From Candidatus Iainarchaeum sp. (GTDB lineage: Archaea; Iainarchaeota; Iainarchaeia; Iainarchaeales; 0-14-0-20-30-16), in NCBI GenBank assembly GCA_028710695.1, contig JAQTTP010000005.1:30001-62000 (forward strand): 32,000 bases of DNA, written 5' to 3'. A program made the position numbers and the translations under genes. Position 1 is the first letter of the stretch. Each line of letters begins with the position of its first letter. The notes beneath the pieces were generated by a model that was given only the letters and a program-made list of their open reading frames with translations, made no database searches and was not told the DNA's origin. Positions 1 through 9,809 of the stretch are shown here, piece by piece.

Positions 1-1862
1 GTTGAACAGGCACCATTTACACAAGTCTTTCCATCTTTAGAACAATCTTTTTCTAAATAAACAGAACCCTCTTGACAATCCACACTATCATATGAGCCCT
101 CTTTACAATTATATCCCGCATTACAACTAAATTCATACAAAGTACCCATTGGCAAACAAAGGGGGTTATCTTGATTATCAATATCTGAATCACATTGCCC
201 ACCATTTTGAACAAGCCCACAATGATCTTCAAACTTTTTAGATTCTGATCCTACATTTGTCTCCCCCAATACAGACAAGTCACATATCAAATCAAGGGTT
301 ATTTCCCCACTGGAGAATTTGTTTGTATTTTCCCCGTCCAGATCACTACAATTTACCTCAGTATCACAATCTTCATCTTCATTAATGCATTTTCCATCAT
401 AACAGGCACAATCTTTAGTCCAAGAAGTCAATATTGGAGTATCAGATTGGCAAGAATAATCCTTTAACTTTTTACTATAAAGAACTTCCTCTTCATCATC
501 ATTAACACACACTGATTTAACTTCGTGTTCTATTCCATCCACGTCCCAATACTTTACAACATCACCAAGATCTTTACAATCAAATCCAATGTAATCTTTT
601 TCAACACAGGCACCATTTTCACAAGCCATGTTTAACATATAACAAGGAATTTCCAAAGACTTTGATTCATATCCGCTTTGGGTTTTATCACATGTTTGTT
701 CATATAGGATAACACCGCCCACAGAACAGAAATCCTCTAATTCATATTCATATCCACCCGAATTAAGGCCAATAATTTTTGAACTTTCCAAATAGGCCTT
801 ACCACCAAGATAAGCATCTAAGTCAGTACAAGTAACTTCACAAACAGAGCCATTATTCAAATAAGTATCTCCCGAATATATATTTGAACTTTCAAATACA
901 TTTTCTTCATCTTTTTCAGCAATTACATTTTCTGTATCAAGAACAATAGATACATCATAAACTTCCTTTAGCCCAACCCCAAACTGAGCTAAATCTAACT
1001 TTTTTGGATCCTCTAAAGTAACACATCCAGATCCGTATCCGCCATACTTTCCTTGCAGATAAGTAAGCTTTCTTTCAACATCATTTATTTTTATTAAGAT
1101 ATTAAAATCATCTAATACAGGCATATTGCCCACATTACAAATATCAAAAGTTAAGGAGTTAATACATTTTTCCTGATGTGGCACAAGATGTATTTTTTGA
1201 ACAACCAAGTCTGGTGCTTTTTCTATTTTACAAGTCTGGCTACAACCATCTCCTGATTTTACACCGCCATCATCGCATTGCTCACCATCATCTACAACCC
1301 CATTTCCGCAGAGCCCTGGAATACAAGTGCCTTTATAACAAATATAACTATCTCCGTAGTCTTTACAGTCTTTTGAAATATATGTCGGCCAATATTCAAG
1401 AAATACGTATTTTTTTTCTACGCCATCTTCAATTATTTTTTTACAATTAGCTTCATAAAGAACAGAACTACTTTTACAATAATCCGCTATTACTTTACAG
1501 CCCTTTTTTGCAGTAGTTAACCCATTGTCATAATAATTAAAGTCTTTAAGAGCATAACCAAAGGCCTTGTCTTTGCTCAAATAGCTTGTGCCATTATCTT
1601 TACAGGCAAAGGAAACATTATTTTCCTCTGCTTTTTCTTGAAGATATGTACAAAAAGAATCATCTGCAACAGTTACATCAGAAACTATTCTACTTATTGC
1701 AATTGGATTAGTTACTTTTGTGAGGTCTTTCATCTTATTGTGATCTATAACTGGAATAAAAATATAGCTTTGTTTTACAGTAAAAGAACTTAAAAATCCG
1801 AAGGCAAATATTCCTACAACTACAAGCAAAATAAGCAAGAACCCAAAATAGCCTTTATGCAA
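1..1862 (-). CDS. Partial (C-terminus beyond window) secreted/membrane-anchored Cys-rich protein with Myxococcus-type Cys-rich repeat and repeated CxxGxC modules
   Basis: Open minus-strand frame not in the supplied ORF track. From TTG at 1862: LHKGYFGFLLILLVVVGIFAFGFLSS (signal/TM), later CYKGTCIPGLCGNGVVDDGEQCDDG, CENGACVEKD, CYDGKCINED, CVNGACS. The frame was the same at 1860-1400, 1308, 621-629 and 3-23. A GAGGG lies just upstream. Confidence 0.75.
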   Translation of the reverse strand, partial: MHKGYFGFLLILLVVVGIFAFGFLSSFTVKQSYIFIPVIDHNKMKDLTKVTNPIAISRIVSDVTVADDSFCTYLQEKAEENNVSFACKDNGTSYLSKDKAFGYALKDFNYYDNGLTTAKKGCKVIADYCKSSSVLYEANCKKIIEDGVEKKYVFLEYWPTYISKDCKDYGDSYICYKGTCIPGLCGNGVVDDGEQCDDGGVKSGDGCSQTCKIEKAPDLVVQKIHLVPHQEKCINSLTFDICNVGNMPVLDDFNILIKINDVERKLTYLQGKYGGYGSGCVTLEDPKKLDLAQFGVGLKEVYDVSIVLDTENVIAEKDEENVFESSNIYSGDTYLNNGSVCEVTCTDLDAYLGGKAYLESSKIIGLNSGGYEYELEDFCSVGGVILYEQTCDKTQSGYESKSLEIPCYMLNMACENGACVEKDYIGFDCKDLGDVVKYWDVDGIEHEVKSVCVNDDEEEVLYSKKLKDYSCQSDTPILTSWTKDCACYDGKCINEDEDCDTEVNCSDLDGENTNKFSSGEITLDLICDLSVLGETNVGSESKKFEDHCGLVQNGGQCDSDIDNQDNPLCLPMGTLYEFSCNAGYNCKEGSYDSVDCQEGSVYLEKDCSKDGKTCVNGACS

Positions 1863-1892
1863 AAATAATCCCTCGTATAATATGAGGGAATA

Positions 1893-3731
1893 CTATATAT
1901 ATTTCTTTACTTCGGCCCTTATAAACTCACTAAGCTCTTTCATCTCTGGCTTCTTACCGGTTTGCTTTACAATCTCTTGGATTATTGGGCCCATCATTGG
2001 ATTCAACGCAGACTCCTTTCTCTGCTTTATGAAATCTTTGTTCTTTTCCAGGTATCTTTTTATAATCTCTTTTACTCCTGCACTTAGCCCTTGTCTCTCA
2101 AACTTTTCCAAGATTTCTTTTGGGCTCAGGCCTTGCATCTGTGCTTCCAACAGAAGTTTAAAATCATTCTTATGTACCTTTCCATCCTTCTGGGCATCTA
2201 AGATCCAAACAACCTCTCCAATGCTCTCTTTATCAAGCAACAAAGTCAATTCAGCCAAAGATAGAATATCATAAAGCCCAATATAACTCTCAAACTCTCT
2301 TGCATGATTACTCTGTGCTACCTGCTCAGAAAGCTGTTTATTTAATCCCATCGAGATATATAGTTTAACTCTTTCAGAATACCACCTAGGCAATTCCTTA
2401 ACTTTTTTCTTCAACTCTTGTGCGCTTATTTGAATAAAAGGGATATCTGTTTCTGGATACATCCTTGCTGCCCCTGGCAAAGGCCTCATATACTTTGTAG
2501 TACCATCTTCATTTGGAGCCCTTGTCTCTTCTGGAACCCCTTTCTTAAGCATCTCAAGCCTTTCAACTATTCCCTTAAAACAAGCTTCGGCCTTTTCCCT
2601 ACTAGCCACAATCACAAAGATAAATCCATCTTTCTCTTTACAGCCCAGTTCTTTTCTTATCTTTCCAACTTCAGATTCAGTAATCCCATAATTTGGAAGC
2701 TCATCACAATGTATTAAGCCACCAACCCCGCACTTAACTTTAATAAAATCAGAAAGATCAGTTGCAAGCCTTTTATTTGGTTGTAGTTCAGTACCAAGTA
2801 GGCCTTTAGAACCTGTAACTTTGGAGCCTACAATTACTTGTCCTTTACTTAGTGCAGTCTTTATCATTTTGCTTTCTGACTTTGCTAATAAAGTTGTAAG
2901 ATCTTTAAGCTCTATTTTAGGTATTGATATTTTCTTGCCTATTTCTAGGATCTTCTCTTGTCTAATAACCTCATTCCTGACATAAACATCGATCAAATCT
3001 AGTTCCTGAACTCCTTTTATCTCAATTCTTGCTCCGCCTTTAATTGAGATGTTAATATCCTGCCTTATAGTTCCTAAACCCCTCTTTGCAAACCCCGTAA
3101 TTCTAAACAACTCACCAATTTTCATTGCCACTTCTTTTGCCTCTTCTGGGCTTTTTATATCTGGGGCAGTAGTGAACTCTATCAAAGGGATTCCAAGCCT
3201 ATCAAGGCCATACCTAACAAAGCCTTCGCCTTGCTCAATAATTTTACAAGCATCTTCCTCTAAGCAAATTGATTCTACACCAATTTTCTTTCCATTAACT
3301 TCCAAGATTCCATCCTTTGCTACTTGCATTGTTCTCTGAAACCCCGTTGTGTTGGATCCATTTATTACCATCTTTCGCATTATGTAGACAATATCAAAAA
3401 TAGTGGCATTTGTTTTCAATGCAACCTCAAGCACAGCCTTCAAAGCCACCTTATTAAGTTCGTGTGGTGGTTCCTCATCTAACTCCACCAAACAAGCATA
3501 ATCTTTGTGGAACTCGTAAATATACTCTAAATTCTTATTAAATTCCTGCAATGCCGCCTTATCAAATTCCCCTTTTTCAGAAGCAACAGGCCTAAGCTTT
3601 CTAGTAATCGAGTATTCATAAGGTCCATCATTAATATTTGAAGGACAAGAGCAGAAAAGCTTTCCCACATCAAGCTGCTGATGGCATTCAAGCCCCACTT
3701 TCAAGCCAAGTTTAGAATAATCCAAATCCAT
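1893..3731 (-). CDS. gatE: Glutamyl-tRNA(Gln) amidotransferase subunit E (archaeal GatE)
   Basis: 612 aa; N-term MDLDYSKLGLKVGLECHQQLDVGKLFCSCPS typical of GatB/GatE with archaeal GatE length and C-terminal helical/YqeY-like tail. Confidence 0.93.
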   Translation of the reverse strand: MDLDYSKLGLKVGLECHQQLDVGKLFCSCPSNINDGPYEYSITRKLRPVASEKGEFDKAALQEFNKNLEYIYEFHKDYACLVELDEEPPHELNKVALKAVLEVALKTNATIFDIVYIMRKMVINGSNTTGFQRTMQVAKDGILEVNGKKIGVESICLEEDACKIIEQGEGFVRYGLDRLGIPLIEFTTAPDIKSPEEAKEVAMKIGELFRITGFAKRGLGTIRQDINISIKGGARIEIKGVQELDLIDVYVRNEVIRQEKILEIGKKISIPKIELKDLTTLLAKSESKMIKTALSKGQVIVGSKVTGSKGLLGTELQPNKRLATDLSDFIKVKCGVGGLIHCDELPNYGITESEVGKIRKELGCKEKDGFIFVIVASREKAEACFKGIVERLEMLKKGVPEETRAPNEDGTTKYMRPLPGAARMYPETDIPFIQISAQELKKKVKELPRWYSERVKLYISMGLNKQLSEQVAQSNHAREFESYIGLYDILSLAELTLLLDKESIGEVVWILDAQKDGKVHKNDFKLLLEAQMQGLSPKEILEKFERQGLSAGVKEIIKRYLEKNKDFIKQRKESALNPMMGPIIQEIVKQTGKKPEMKELSEFIRAEVKKYI

Positions 3732-3797
3732 GAAGATCCCATTTAAAATAAATATATAACAGAAGAGCAGATTTTTTTATATTTGTATGTCAAAAAC

Positions 3798-4865
3798 TTA
3801 AAACAGGGACTTAATTATTTTTTCTCCTGTTTTTCCGTCACCAAAAGGATTTTTCCAGGGTTTTATTTTCTTGTTGTAATTATTATACCCACTAATAAAT
3901 TTAGTATAATCTGATCCCACAAGTTTTGCAGCACCAACATCTAATGCCTGGGGCCTTTCGGTGTTCTCCCTTAATACCAAACAAGGCACGCCAAGAATAC
4001 ATGTTTCCTCTTGTATCCCCCCAGAATCAGTAAGAATGATTTTTGCATTTTTCATTAAAGCAAGGCCATCTAAATAACTTACCGGATCCACAAAAACTAT
4101 TCCCTTTCCAGGTTTTAAGTTATACTTCTCAAGATTACTTTTTGTTCTTGGGTGTATAGGAAAAAGGACATTCAACCCAGTATCTTTACAAAATTGTTCT
4201 AAGTTCGCAATTTGTTTACTTAGCGCCTCTTTTGTATCCACATTCGAAGGTCTATGCATAGTTAGATAAACATATTTTCCCTTTGTTAGGCCATATTTCT
4301 TTAATGTTTTTTTCTCATTTACAAGTTTAATATTTTGCAATACTGCATCAACAACAGAATTACCAGTTACAAAAACTTTATTCTTTTCAATTCCTTCTTT
4401 ATAACAAATTTTTGCTTCAAGATCAGTTGGACAAAATAAGTAATCAGAAATATGGTCTGCCATAATTCTATTTATTTCTTCAGGCATGCCCCAATCATAG
4501 CTCCTTAGCCCTGCCTCCACATGTCCAACTTTAATATGTAATTTAGACGCCGCCAATGCTCCTGCCAGGACAGTGTTGGTATCACCTTGAACTAATACCA
4601 CATCTGGTTTTTCTTTCAGCAATACTTCTTCAATTTTTTCAAGCATTTTTCCAGTTTGTTTTCCATGTGTCCCGCTTCCAACATTTAAGTTATATTTTGC
4701 AGACTTTAAATTCAACTCTTTGAAAAATACTTTATCCATATTTTCTGAGTAGTGCTGATTTGTATGTATTACAAAATAATCTATATTTTTATCTTCACAA
4801 GCCCTAATAAGGGGGGCCATTTTTATTATCTCCGGCCGAGTTCCAAGTATAAAACAAATCTGCAT
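3798..4865 (-). CDS. Non-hydrolysing UDP-N-acetylglucosamine 2-epimerase family (WecB/WbpI-like)
   Basis: ORF 3798-4922; likely start is the internal ATG giving MQICFILGTRPEIIKMAPLI; motifs GHVEAGLRSYDWGMPEEINR, DSGGIQEE, RENTERP. Confidence 0.9.
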   Translation of the reverse strand: MQICFILGTRPEIIKMAPLIRACEDKNIDYFVIHTNQHYSENMDKVFFKELNLKSAKYNLNVGSGTHGKQTGKMLEKIEEVLLKEKPDVVLVQGDTNTVLAGALAASKLHIKVGHVEAGLRSYDWGMPEEINRIMADHISDYLFCPTDLEAKICYKEGIEKNKVFVTGNSVVDAVLQNIKLVNEKKTLKKYGLTKGKYVYLTMHRPSNVDTKEALSKQIANLEQFCKDTGLNVLFPIHPRTKSNLEKYNLKPGKGIVFVDPVSYLDGLALMKNAKIILTDSGGIQEETCILGVPCLVLRENTERPQALDVGAAKLVGSDYTKFISGYNNYNKKIKPWKNPFGDGKTGEKIIKSLF

Positions 4866-4876
4866 GTCTATTTCAC

Positions 4877-6094
4877 CTACAAAACATAATAAAAAGGGTG
4901 TGTTTTCAAGCCAGTTAAACAATTTCTGGTATCAAATACGATTGTCTGATCTTTTATTTTTTCTTTAGTAATCTGTTCTACAAAATTAGAGTGATTTGTA
5001 GTTAAAATAATAATCTCTGCCCAAGCAAGGCCTTCTTTTAAATTATTAAAATCACTTTTATCCAACAAATAAGGGTCATATACTTTTACTTCTGCTTTAC
5101 GCTCTTTTAATAATTGAATTATTTTATAAGCAGGGCTTTCTCTATCATCATCAACATTAGCTTTATAAGCCAACCCCAGAACCAATATTTTCGCGCCATT
5201 ATAATGTAAATTATTTTCATTTAAAACGCTTTGAAGTTTGTCTACAACAAAATAGGGAGCAGCATCATTAATTTCTCTTGCAAGAGGTACAATTTTACTC
5301 GTCTTTGTTGCTTCAGTTAAAAACCAAGGGTCTATAGCAATGCAATGTCCGCCAACACCCGGGCCAGGATACAAAATATTTACTCGAGGGTGCTTATTAG
5401 CCAAATCAATAACTTCCCAAACGTTTATTCCCAAATCATTACAAATTTTTGCAAGTTCATTTGCATAAGCAATGTTTATGTCTCTAAATGTATTTTCTGT
5501 TAACTTACAAACCTCCGCAATAGTGATGTCAGTTAAAAAAATCTTGCCTTTTACAAATGACGAATATATTTCTTTTGCCCTTAGAGCAGAGGCACTATCT
5601 AATCCGCCAATAATTCTGTCATTATTTACAAGTTCATAAAGAGTATTTCCTGGGATTGCTCGCTCCGGACAATGAACTAAGCCATATTTTTTTCCAGTTT
5701 TGTCCAAAATCGGTTTGATTATTTTCTTACAGCAATGAGGGGATATTGTTGATTCAATTATTATCAAATTATCATGATCTAAAACTTTAGAAATTGTGTT
5801 AACTGCATTAAGAACGAATGTCAAATCTATGTGGTGGTTTTTTTCAGGAGTAGGAACAGAAACAATAAAAACATCTGATTTTTCAAGCTCAGTTGTGGGG
5901 ATAAAATTTCGTGTTTTTTTACTTTCTTCAAACAGATTAGCTAAGCCGAGTTCACCAAAGGGCAATTTTCCTTGATTTAATAATTTTATCTTCTTTTTGT
6001 TAATATCATAGCCAGTTACTTTATGCCCGGCCTTTGCCAACAGCAAAGCAAATGGCAAGCCCATATAGCCTAAACCAATTATTGTTATATTCAT
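4877..6094 (-). CDS. UDP-N-acetyl-hexosamine 6-dehydrogenase (WecC/WbpA-like, UDP-glucose/GDP-mannose dehydrogenase family)
   Basis: MNITIIGLGYMGLPFALLLAKAGHKVTGYD Rossmann; NIAYANELAKICNDLGINVWEVI; GPGVGGHCIAIDPWFL active-site Cys motif. Confidence 0.9.
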   Translation of the reverse strand: MNITIIGLGYMGLPFALLLAKAGHKVTGYDINKKKIKLLNQGKLPFGELGLANLFEESKKTRNFIPTTELEKSDVFIVSVPTPEKNHHIDLTFVLNAVNTISKVLDHDNLIIIESTISPHCCKKIIKPILDKTGKKYGLVHCPERAIPGNTLYELVNNDRIIGGLDSASALRAKEIYSSFVKGKIFLTDITIAEVCKLTENTFRDINIAYANELAKICNDLGINVWEVIDLANKHPRVNILYPGPGVGGHCIAIDPWFLTEATKTSKIVPLAREINDAAPYFVVDKLQSVLNENNLHYNGAKILVLGLAYKANVDDDRESPAYKIIQLLKERKAEVKVYDPYLLDKSDFNNLKEGLAWAEIIILTTNHSNFVEQITKEKIKDQTIVFDTRNCLTGLKTHPFYYVL

Positions 6095-6104
6095 AATAAA
6101 CCAC

Positions 6105-7607
6105 CTAAATATTATTGACTTCTATTTTTATTTTTTTGTTCATTTTCCCCTTAAAATAATCCAAAATTAATCTCCAGATCCTATGTTCTTTTTCTATTCT
6201 CCACAATATTGGCAAATACCATGTTGTAAACAATACTGCTTGAATAATCTTTACTATATAATAGTTAATAAATCCATATAACCAAAAGTGAGCAAGGAAC
6301 CATAACAAACCATATCCCACCAACCCATAAAAAAATGGAAATAAATAGTTAAAAACTTCCTTTAAGGCCAATATTTTTGAACCAAGTAGCTCTTTATATC
6401 CAAAATAATTTACAGTCAGGCCATAAAAAAATATAGATAACATAGTAGTATATGCAATAAATACTGGCCTTAGTTCAAAAAACAAGACTAGGCAGTTTAA
6501 CAAAACAATTAGGATGATGAATATTGTACTAACTTTTATTAAAAAGAGCTCCTTATTTTTCCCAATATAATAATTTGTTATAAGAACCGGGAAGAATAAC
6601 ATAGAAAAAACAAGTATGTTAATATATTCTGTGCTTAATCCATACTCAGGCAAGATAAATATTATAAAAGGTAATAAAAAAAGAACTAAAAATGCAATAA
6701 AATAAGAAAAACAGGCAATTATTTTTGTTGGAGCAATTATTAATTTTTTTAATAAATCTAATTTTGATAAATTTTGATAGATTTGTGGTACAAATGGAAC
6801 CAATAGAGTGTTTATAAACAAGTATATTATACTCCCAAAAAATAAACCAACTGCATAATATCCTAACTCCAAGCCACCATAACCAAATAATATGAAGACT
6901 CTATCAATTCCAAAAAATATCAGGTACATAAGGCTTAACAAAAAAACCCAGAACCCACCACGAATTAACAGAATAAAACCCTTAACATTAAAAACAAGTT
7001 TTAAGTTAGATTTAACAAAGAAGTATTGATAGAGCAATACAATAATTAAACCTAACAGGGTACCAAAAAAGAACCCCGGAACCCCAAATAATTCAACGAA
7101 AGCAACAACAAACAGGATTACCACAATACCCTGCAGAATATTTGTTTTAAAGATTGTTTTGAAATCACTCTTAGATTGTAAAATAACACCAAAAAAGCTA
7201 CAGTACAGATAAATAGGTATTAAGAATCCAAGAATCAAAACAGATAATCTAGTTGAAAGGGAATAAGACAAAACAAAAAAGGCAATAATACCCGCAACCA
7301 TTGAGAGCAAAGATACTAAAAATAAAAATGTAAATGTAAGGTTTGTAAAATAATCTCTTTTTTTCAAATTAGAAAATTCGTATGTCTGCCTTTTTTTTGA
7401 AAAGTTTTTTAGAGAACCAAGGTGAATATTACTTCCATAATCCAAAATCATTTGCAAGGCATTTTTTACCCCAAAAAGCCCAGGGCCCAATAAATTTGCA
7501 ACTACTATACCTTGTATTATACCAAAAAAATTAAGAAAAAGCGTTGAAAACAAAACTTTAGAAGAGTTTAAAATAAATCCCTTTTTTGTTAACTTTTCTT
7601 CAGTCAT
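6105..7607 (-). CDS. Polysaccharide/oligosaccharide flippase (Wzx/MATE-like, multi-TM)
   Basis: 500 aa, about 12-14 hydrophobic segments, N-term VLFSTLFLNFFGIIQGIVVANLLGPGLFGVKNAL typical of MOP-superfamily exporters; glycan locus context. Confidence 0.82.
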   Translation of the reverse strand: MTEEKLTKKGFILNSSKVLFSTLFLNFFGIIQGIVVANLLGPGLFGVKNALQMILDYGSNIHLGSLKNFSKKRQTYEFSNLKKRDYFTNLTFTFLFLVSLLSMVAGIIAFFVLSYSLSTRLSVLILGFLIPIYLYCSFFGVILQSKSDFKTIFKTNILQGIVVILFVVAFVELFGVPGFFFGTLLGLIIVLLYQYFFVKSNLKLVFNVKGFILLIRGGFWVFLLSLMYLIFFGIDRVFILFGYGGLELGYYAVGLFFGSIIYLFINTLLVPFVPQIYQNLSKLDLLKKLIIAPTKIIACFSYFIAFLVLFLLPFIIFILPEYGLSTEYINILVFSMLFFPVLITNYYIGKNKELFLIKVSTIFIILIVLLNCLVLFFELRPVFIAYTTMLSIFFYGLTVNYFGYKELLGSKILALKEVFNYLFPFFYGLVGYGLLWFLAHFWLYGFINYYIVKIIQAVLFTTWYLPILWRIEKEHRIWRLILDYFKGKMNKKIKIEVNNI

Positions 7608-7677
7608 AGATAATTCCTACTAATTAAAGGACTCACAGTATTTTAAATTTAAGCGTTTTTTAAGTTAGTCAAAGTAG

Positions 7678-7884
7678 CTAAATCTTTATATTGTGCCTAA
7701 ACCTAGCCTCTGCCGCTTTTTTCAGTGGCCAAACATCAGCAATTAACATATCAGGAATAGTTTTGTCAAGTACAGGAAAAGCCAGCTCACAGGATTCACA
7801 AATAAGGAATAAGCCGCGTTCTTTCACATCGTTTTTACATTTAGGGCAAGCAATAATTTTGAGAAGTTTTTTTGGCACAGCCAT
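7678..7884 (-). CDS. Trm112-like small zinc-ribbon protein
   Basis: LLKIIACPKCKNDVKERGLFLICESCELAFPVLDKTIPDMLI: CPxC...CxxC with Trm112p/YcaR signature. Confidence 0.8.
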   Translation of the reverse strand: MAVPKKLLKIIACPKCKNDVKERGLFLICESCELAFPVLDKTIPDMLIADVWPLKKAAEARFRHNIKI

Positions 7885-7893
7885 AAAATCACT

Positions 7894-8583
7894 TTATTTT
7901 TTTTGCACCTTTAATATTATTGTTGACCTAAAACGCCCAAGTAAAGGGCCCATAAAATTTAAAGGAGTACTCTCAGCATACCTGTGTGTAACATACTTAA
8001 AACCAGATCTATCTAATAAACGACATAAGGTAAATATATCCCACGAATAAATATGGTCTAAATGGGTCCCAGTATTACGGGACTCAGAACTTATTGCTTT
8101 TAATCTTTTTTTGCCACGAAAAATTTGTCTTACTATTGAAAAAAGTGATACTGCGTTAGGGGTAGAAATAACTAAGACACCTTTTTTATTTAATTGTGAT
8201 TTAAAAGTATCTAAAAATGCCACTGGATTTGGCACATGTTCTATGACTTCTAAAAAAAGAACACAGTCAAAATCTTTTTTGTTTATTGATATCTTGCCTT
8301 TAGGAATAACTTCAAAAGAAAGATTTGGCAAATTAAATGTATTTTTTGCAATTTTTATGGCATCTGGATTAATATCTATTCCTATAACTTTTGAATTATG
8401 ATTTTTTTTTGCAATTAATGCAGAGGTAATTCCAACACCACAGCCGAAATCAAGAATTTTATTACCTTCAACTAATTCAAGAGTATTTAAAATTCTAGAT
8501 CCAGGAGATAAAAATAATTTTTTAACATGGGCCACCGCATCATTTAGTTCCCATTCTTTTCCATCCCAATTCACTTTAACCAT
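7894..8583 (-). CDS. Class I SAM-dependent methyltransferase (UbiG-like)
   Basis: ILDFGCGVGITSALIAK, VIGIDINPDAI, DCVLFLEVIEHVPNPVAFL; directly upstream of the Trm112-like gene. Confidence 0.88.
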   Translation of the reverse strand: MVKVNWDGKEWELNDAVAHVKKLFLSPGSRILNTLELVEGNKILDFGCGVGITSALIAKKNHNSKVIGIDINPDAIKIAKNTFNLPNLSFEVIPKGKISINKKDFDCVLFLEVIEHVPNPVAFLDTFKSQLNKKGVLVISTPNAVSLFSIVRQIFRGKKRLKAISSESRNTGTHLDHIYSWDIFTLCRLLDRSGFKYVTHRYAESTPLNFMGPLLGRFRSTIILKVQKK

Positions 8584-8605
8584 TTAAATCATCCTTTTTG
8601 ATATA

Positions 8606-9805
8606 TTATTTTATCACAGACTTTTTTATATGTGTTGCTATATCAATCATATTCTCTTCACTTAATCCGGGCCTATTTGGTAAAGATACTGAACATTTCC
8701 AAATATTATTTGTAACAGTTAAATCGGTTGTACGATAATTAGTATATGGTTCGCGTAAATGCAATGGCAAATAAACCCATTCTGTTTCTATTCCTTTAGA
8801 AGCCAAAGCATTAACAAATTTAATTAAATCCGTAGACCGATTAGGAGCTTTTGATTGTTTTGCTTTTTTCAAACTAACTACAAATTTCAAAAATGCATGA
8901 TCTTTTGAGAATTCTGGCAGAGTAAGTTCATCGATATTACTAAGTCCATCCAAAAGAATTTTTGCATTCCTCTGCCTCAATTTTACCATTTTATCTAGCT
9001 TTTTAAATTGTTCAATTGTAATGCCGGAAGAAACATTTGGGATATTAAATACATCAAATGAAAAACTATTTTTTAATAACTTACGTTTTAGTCCATCTTT
9101 TATTGCAAAATAAGGTAAAGTATACTTACGGTATTTACCCCGAAATAAGGCCGCCATAGAATCAGAAAGCACATTTGCATATGTTTTATTTTTCAATTCA
9201 AAAGAATACTTTTTTTTACTTAAAAGCACACCACCATAAATTGATTCTACCGGTTTTCCAAGAGCAAAACTAAATATTCCAAAATCCCCATTAGTACCGG
9301 CCCCATCTAAACCCAAATACTGAGCAGCATCATCTATAACAAAAATGTTTTTTTCTTTACAAAAAGTTTTTATCTCCTTCCAATGCGGAGACTTACCAAA
9401 TAATCCAGGGACAATAACAGCAATTGTATTTGAAGTATAATTATTTCTAATACCATCAATAGAAATATTAAAATCAATACCAACATCAATAAACACAGGA
9501 ATATAACCCGCTTGAACAATTGGCTGGACTACACCACTACAATTAAAAGAAGAAATTAAAACTTCCTTACGCCCATCTTTAGGAATCTGACCTAAAGCTA
9601 GTTGAATCGCGGACCTACCGAGATTTGTTGGATAAGAATACAAATTGGTTTTATTATTTAACATTTTCACCAGTTTTTCAGAATGTGACCCCTCAACAAG
9701 AGAATTTTCAAAAAAACAATTTTTTAAAATACCAGTTTCATTAGTATCCCAATATGGTACTAAATAAGGTATTTTATAAAATTTGCTTAATACTTTATTT
9801 AGCAT
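8606..9805 (-). CDS. DegT/DnrJ/EryC1/StrS-family aminotransferase-like protein
   Basis: ORF 8606-9832, probable start MLNKVLSKFYKIPYLVPYWD; NLGRSAIQLALGQI, FVIDDAAQYLG, FGIFSFALGKPVESIYGGVLL. Confidence 0.72.
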   Translation of the reverse strand: MLNKVLSKFYKIPYLVPYWDTNETGILKNCFFENSLVEGSHSEKLVKMLNNKTNLYSYPTNLGRSAIQLALGQIPKDGRKEVLISSFNCSGVVQPIVQAGYIPVFIDVGIDFNISIDGIRNNYTSNTIAVIVPGLFGKSPHWKEIKTFCKEKNIFVIDDAAQYLGLDGAGTNGDFGIFSFALGKPVESIYGGVLLSKKKYSFELKNKTYANVLSDSMAALFRGKYRKYTLPYFAIKDGLKRKLLKNSFSFDVFNIPNVSSGITIEQFKKLDKMVKLRQRNAKILLDGLSNIDELTLPEFSKDHAFLKFVVSLKKAKQSKAPNRSTDLIKFVNALASKGIETEWVYLPLHLREPYTNYRTTDLTVTNNIWKCSVSLPNRPGLSEENMIDIATHIKKSVIK

Positions 9806-9809
9806 ACAA

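Noticed and set aside
1882-3339. Plus-strand ORFs 1882-2274, 2418-2717, 3049-3339
   Set aside because: Antisense shadow ORFs of gatE with no plausible protein features.
7691-8401. Plus-strand ORFs 7691-8050 and 8111-8401
   Set aside because: Antisense to the Trm112-like and methyltransferase genes.
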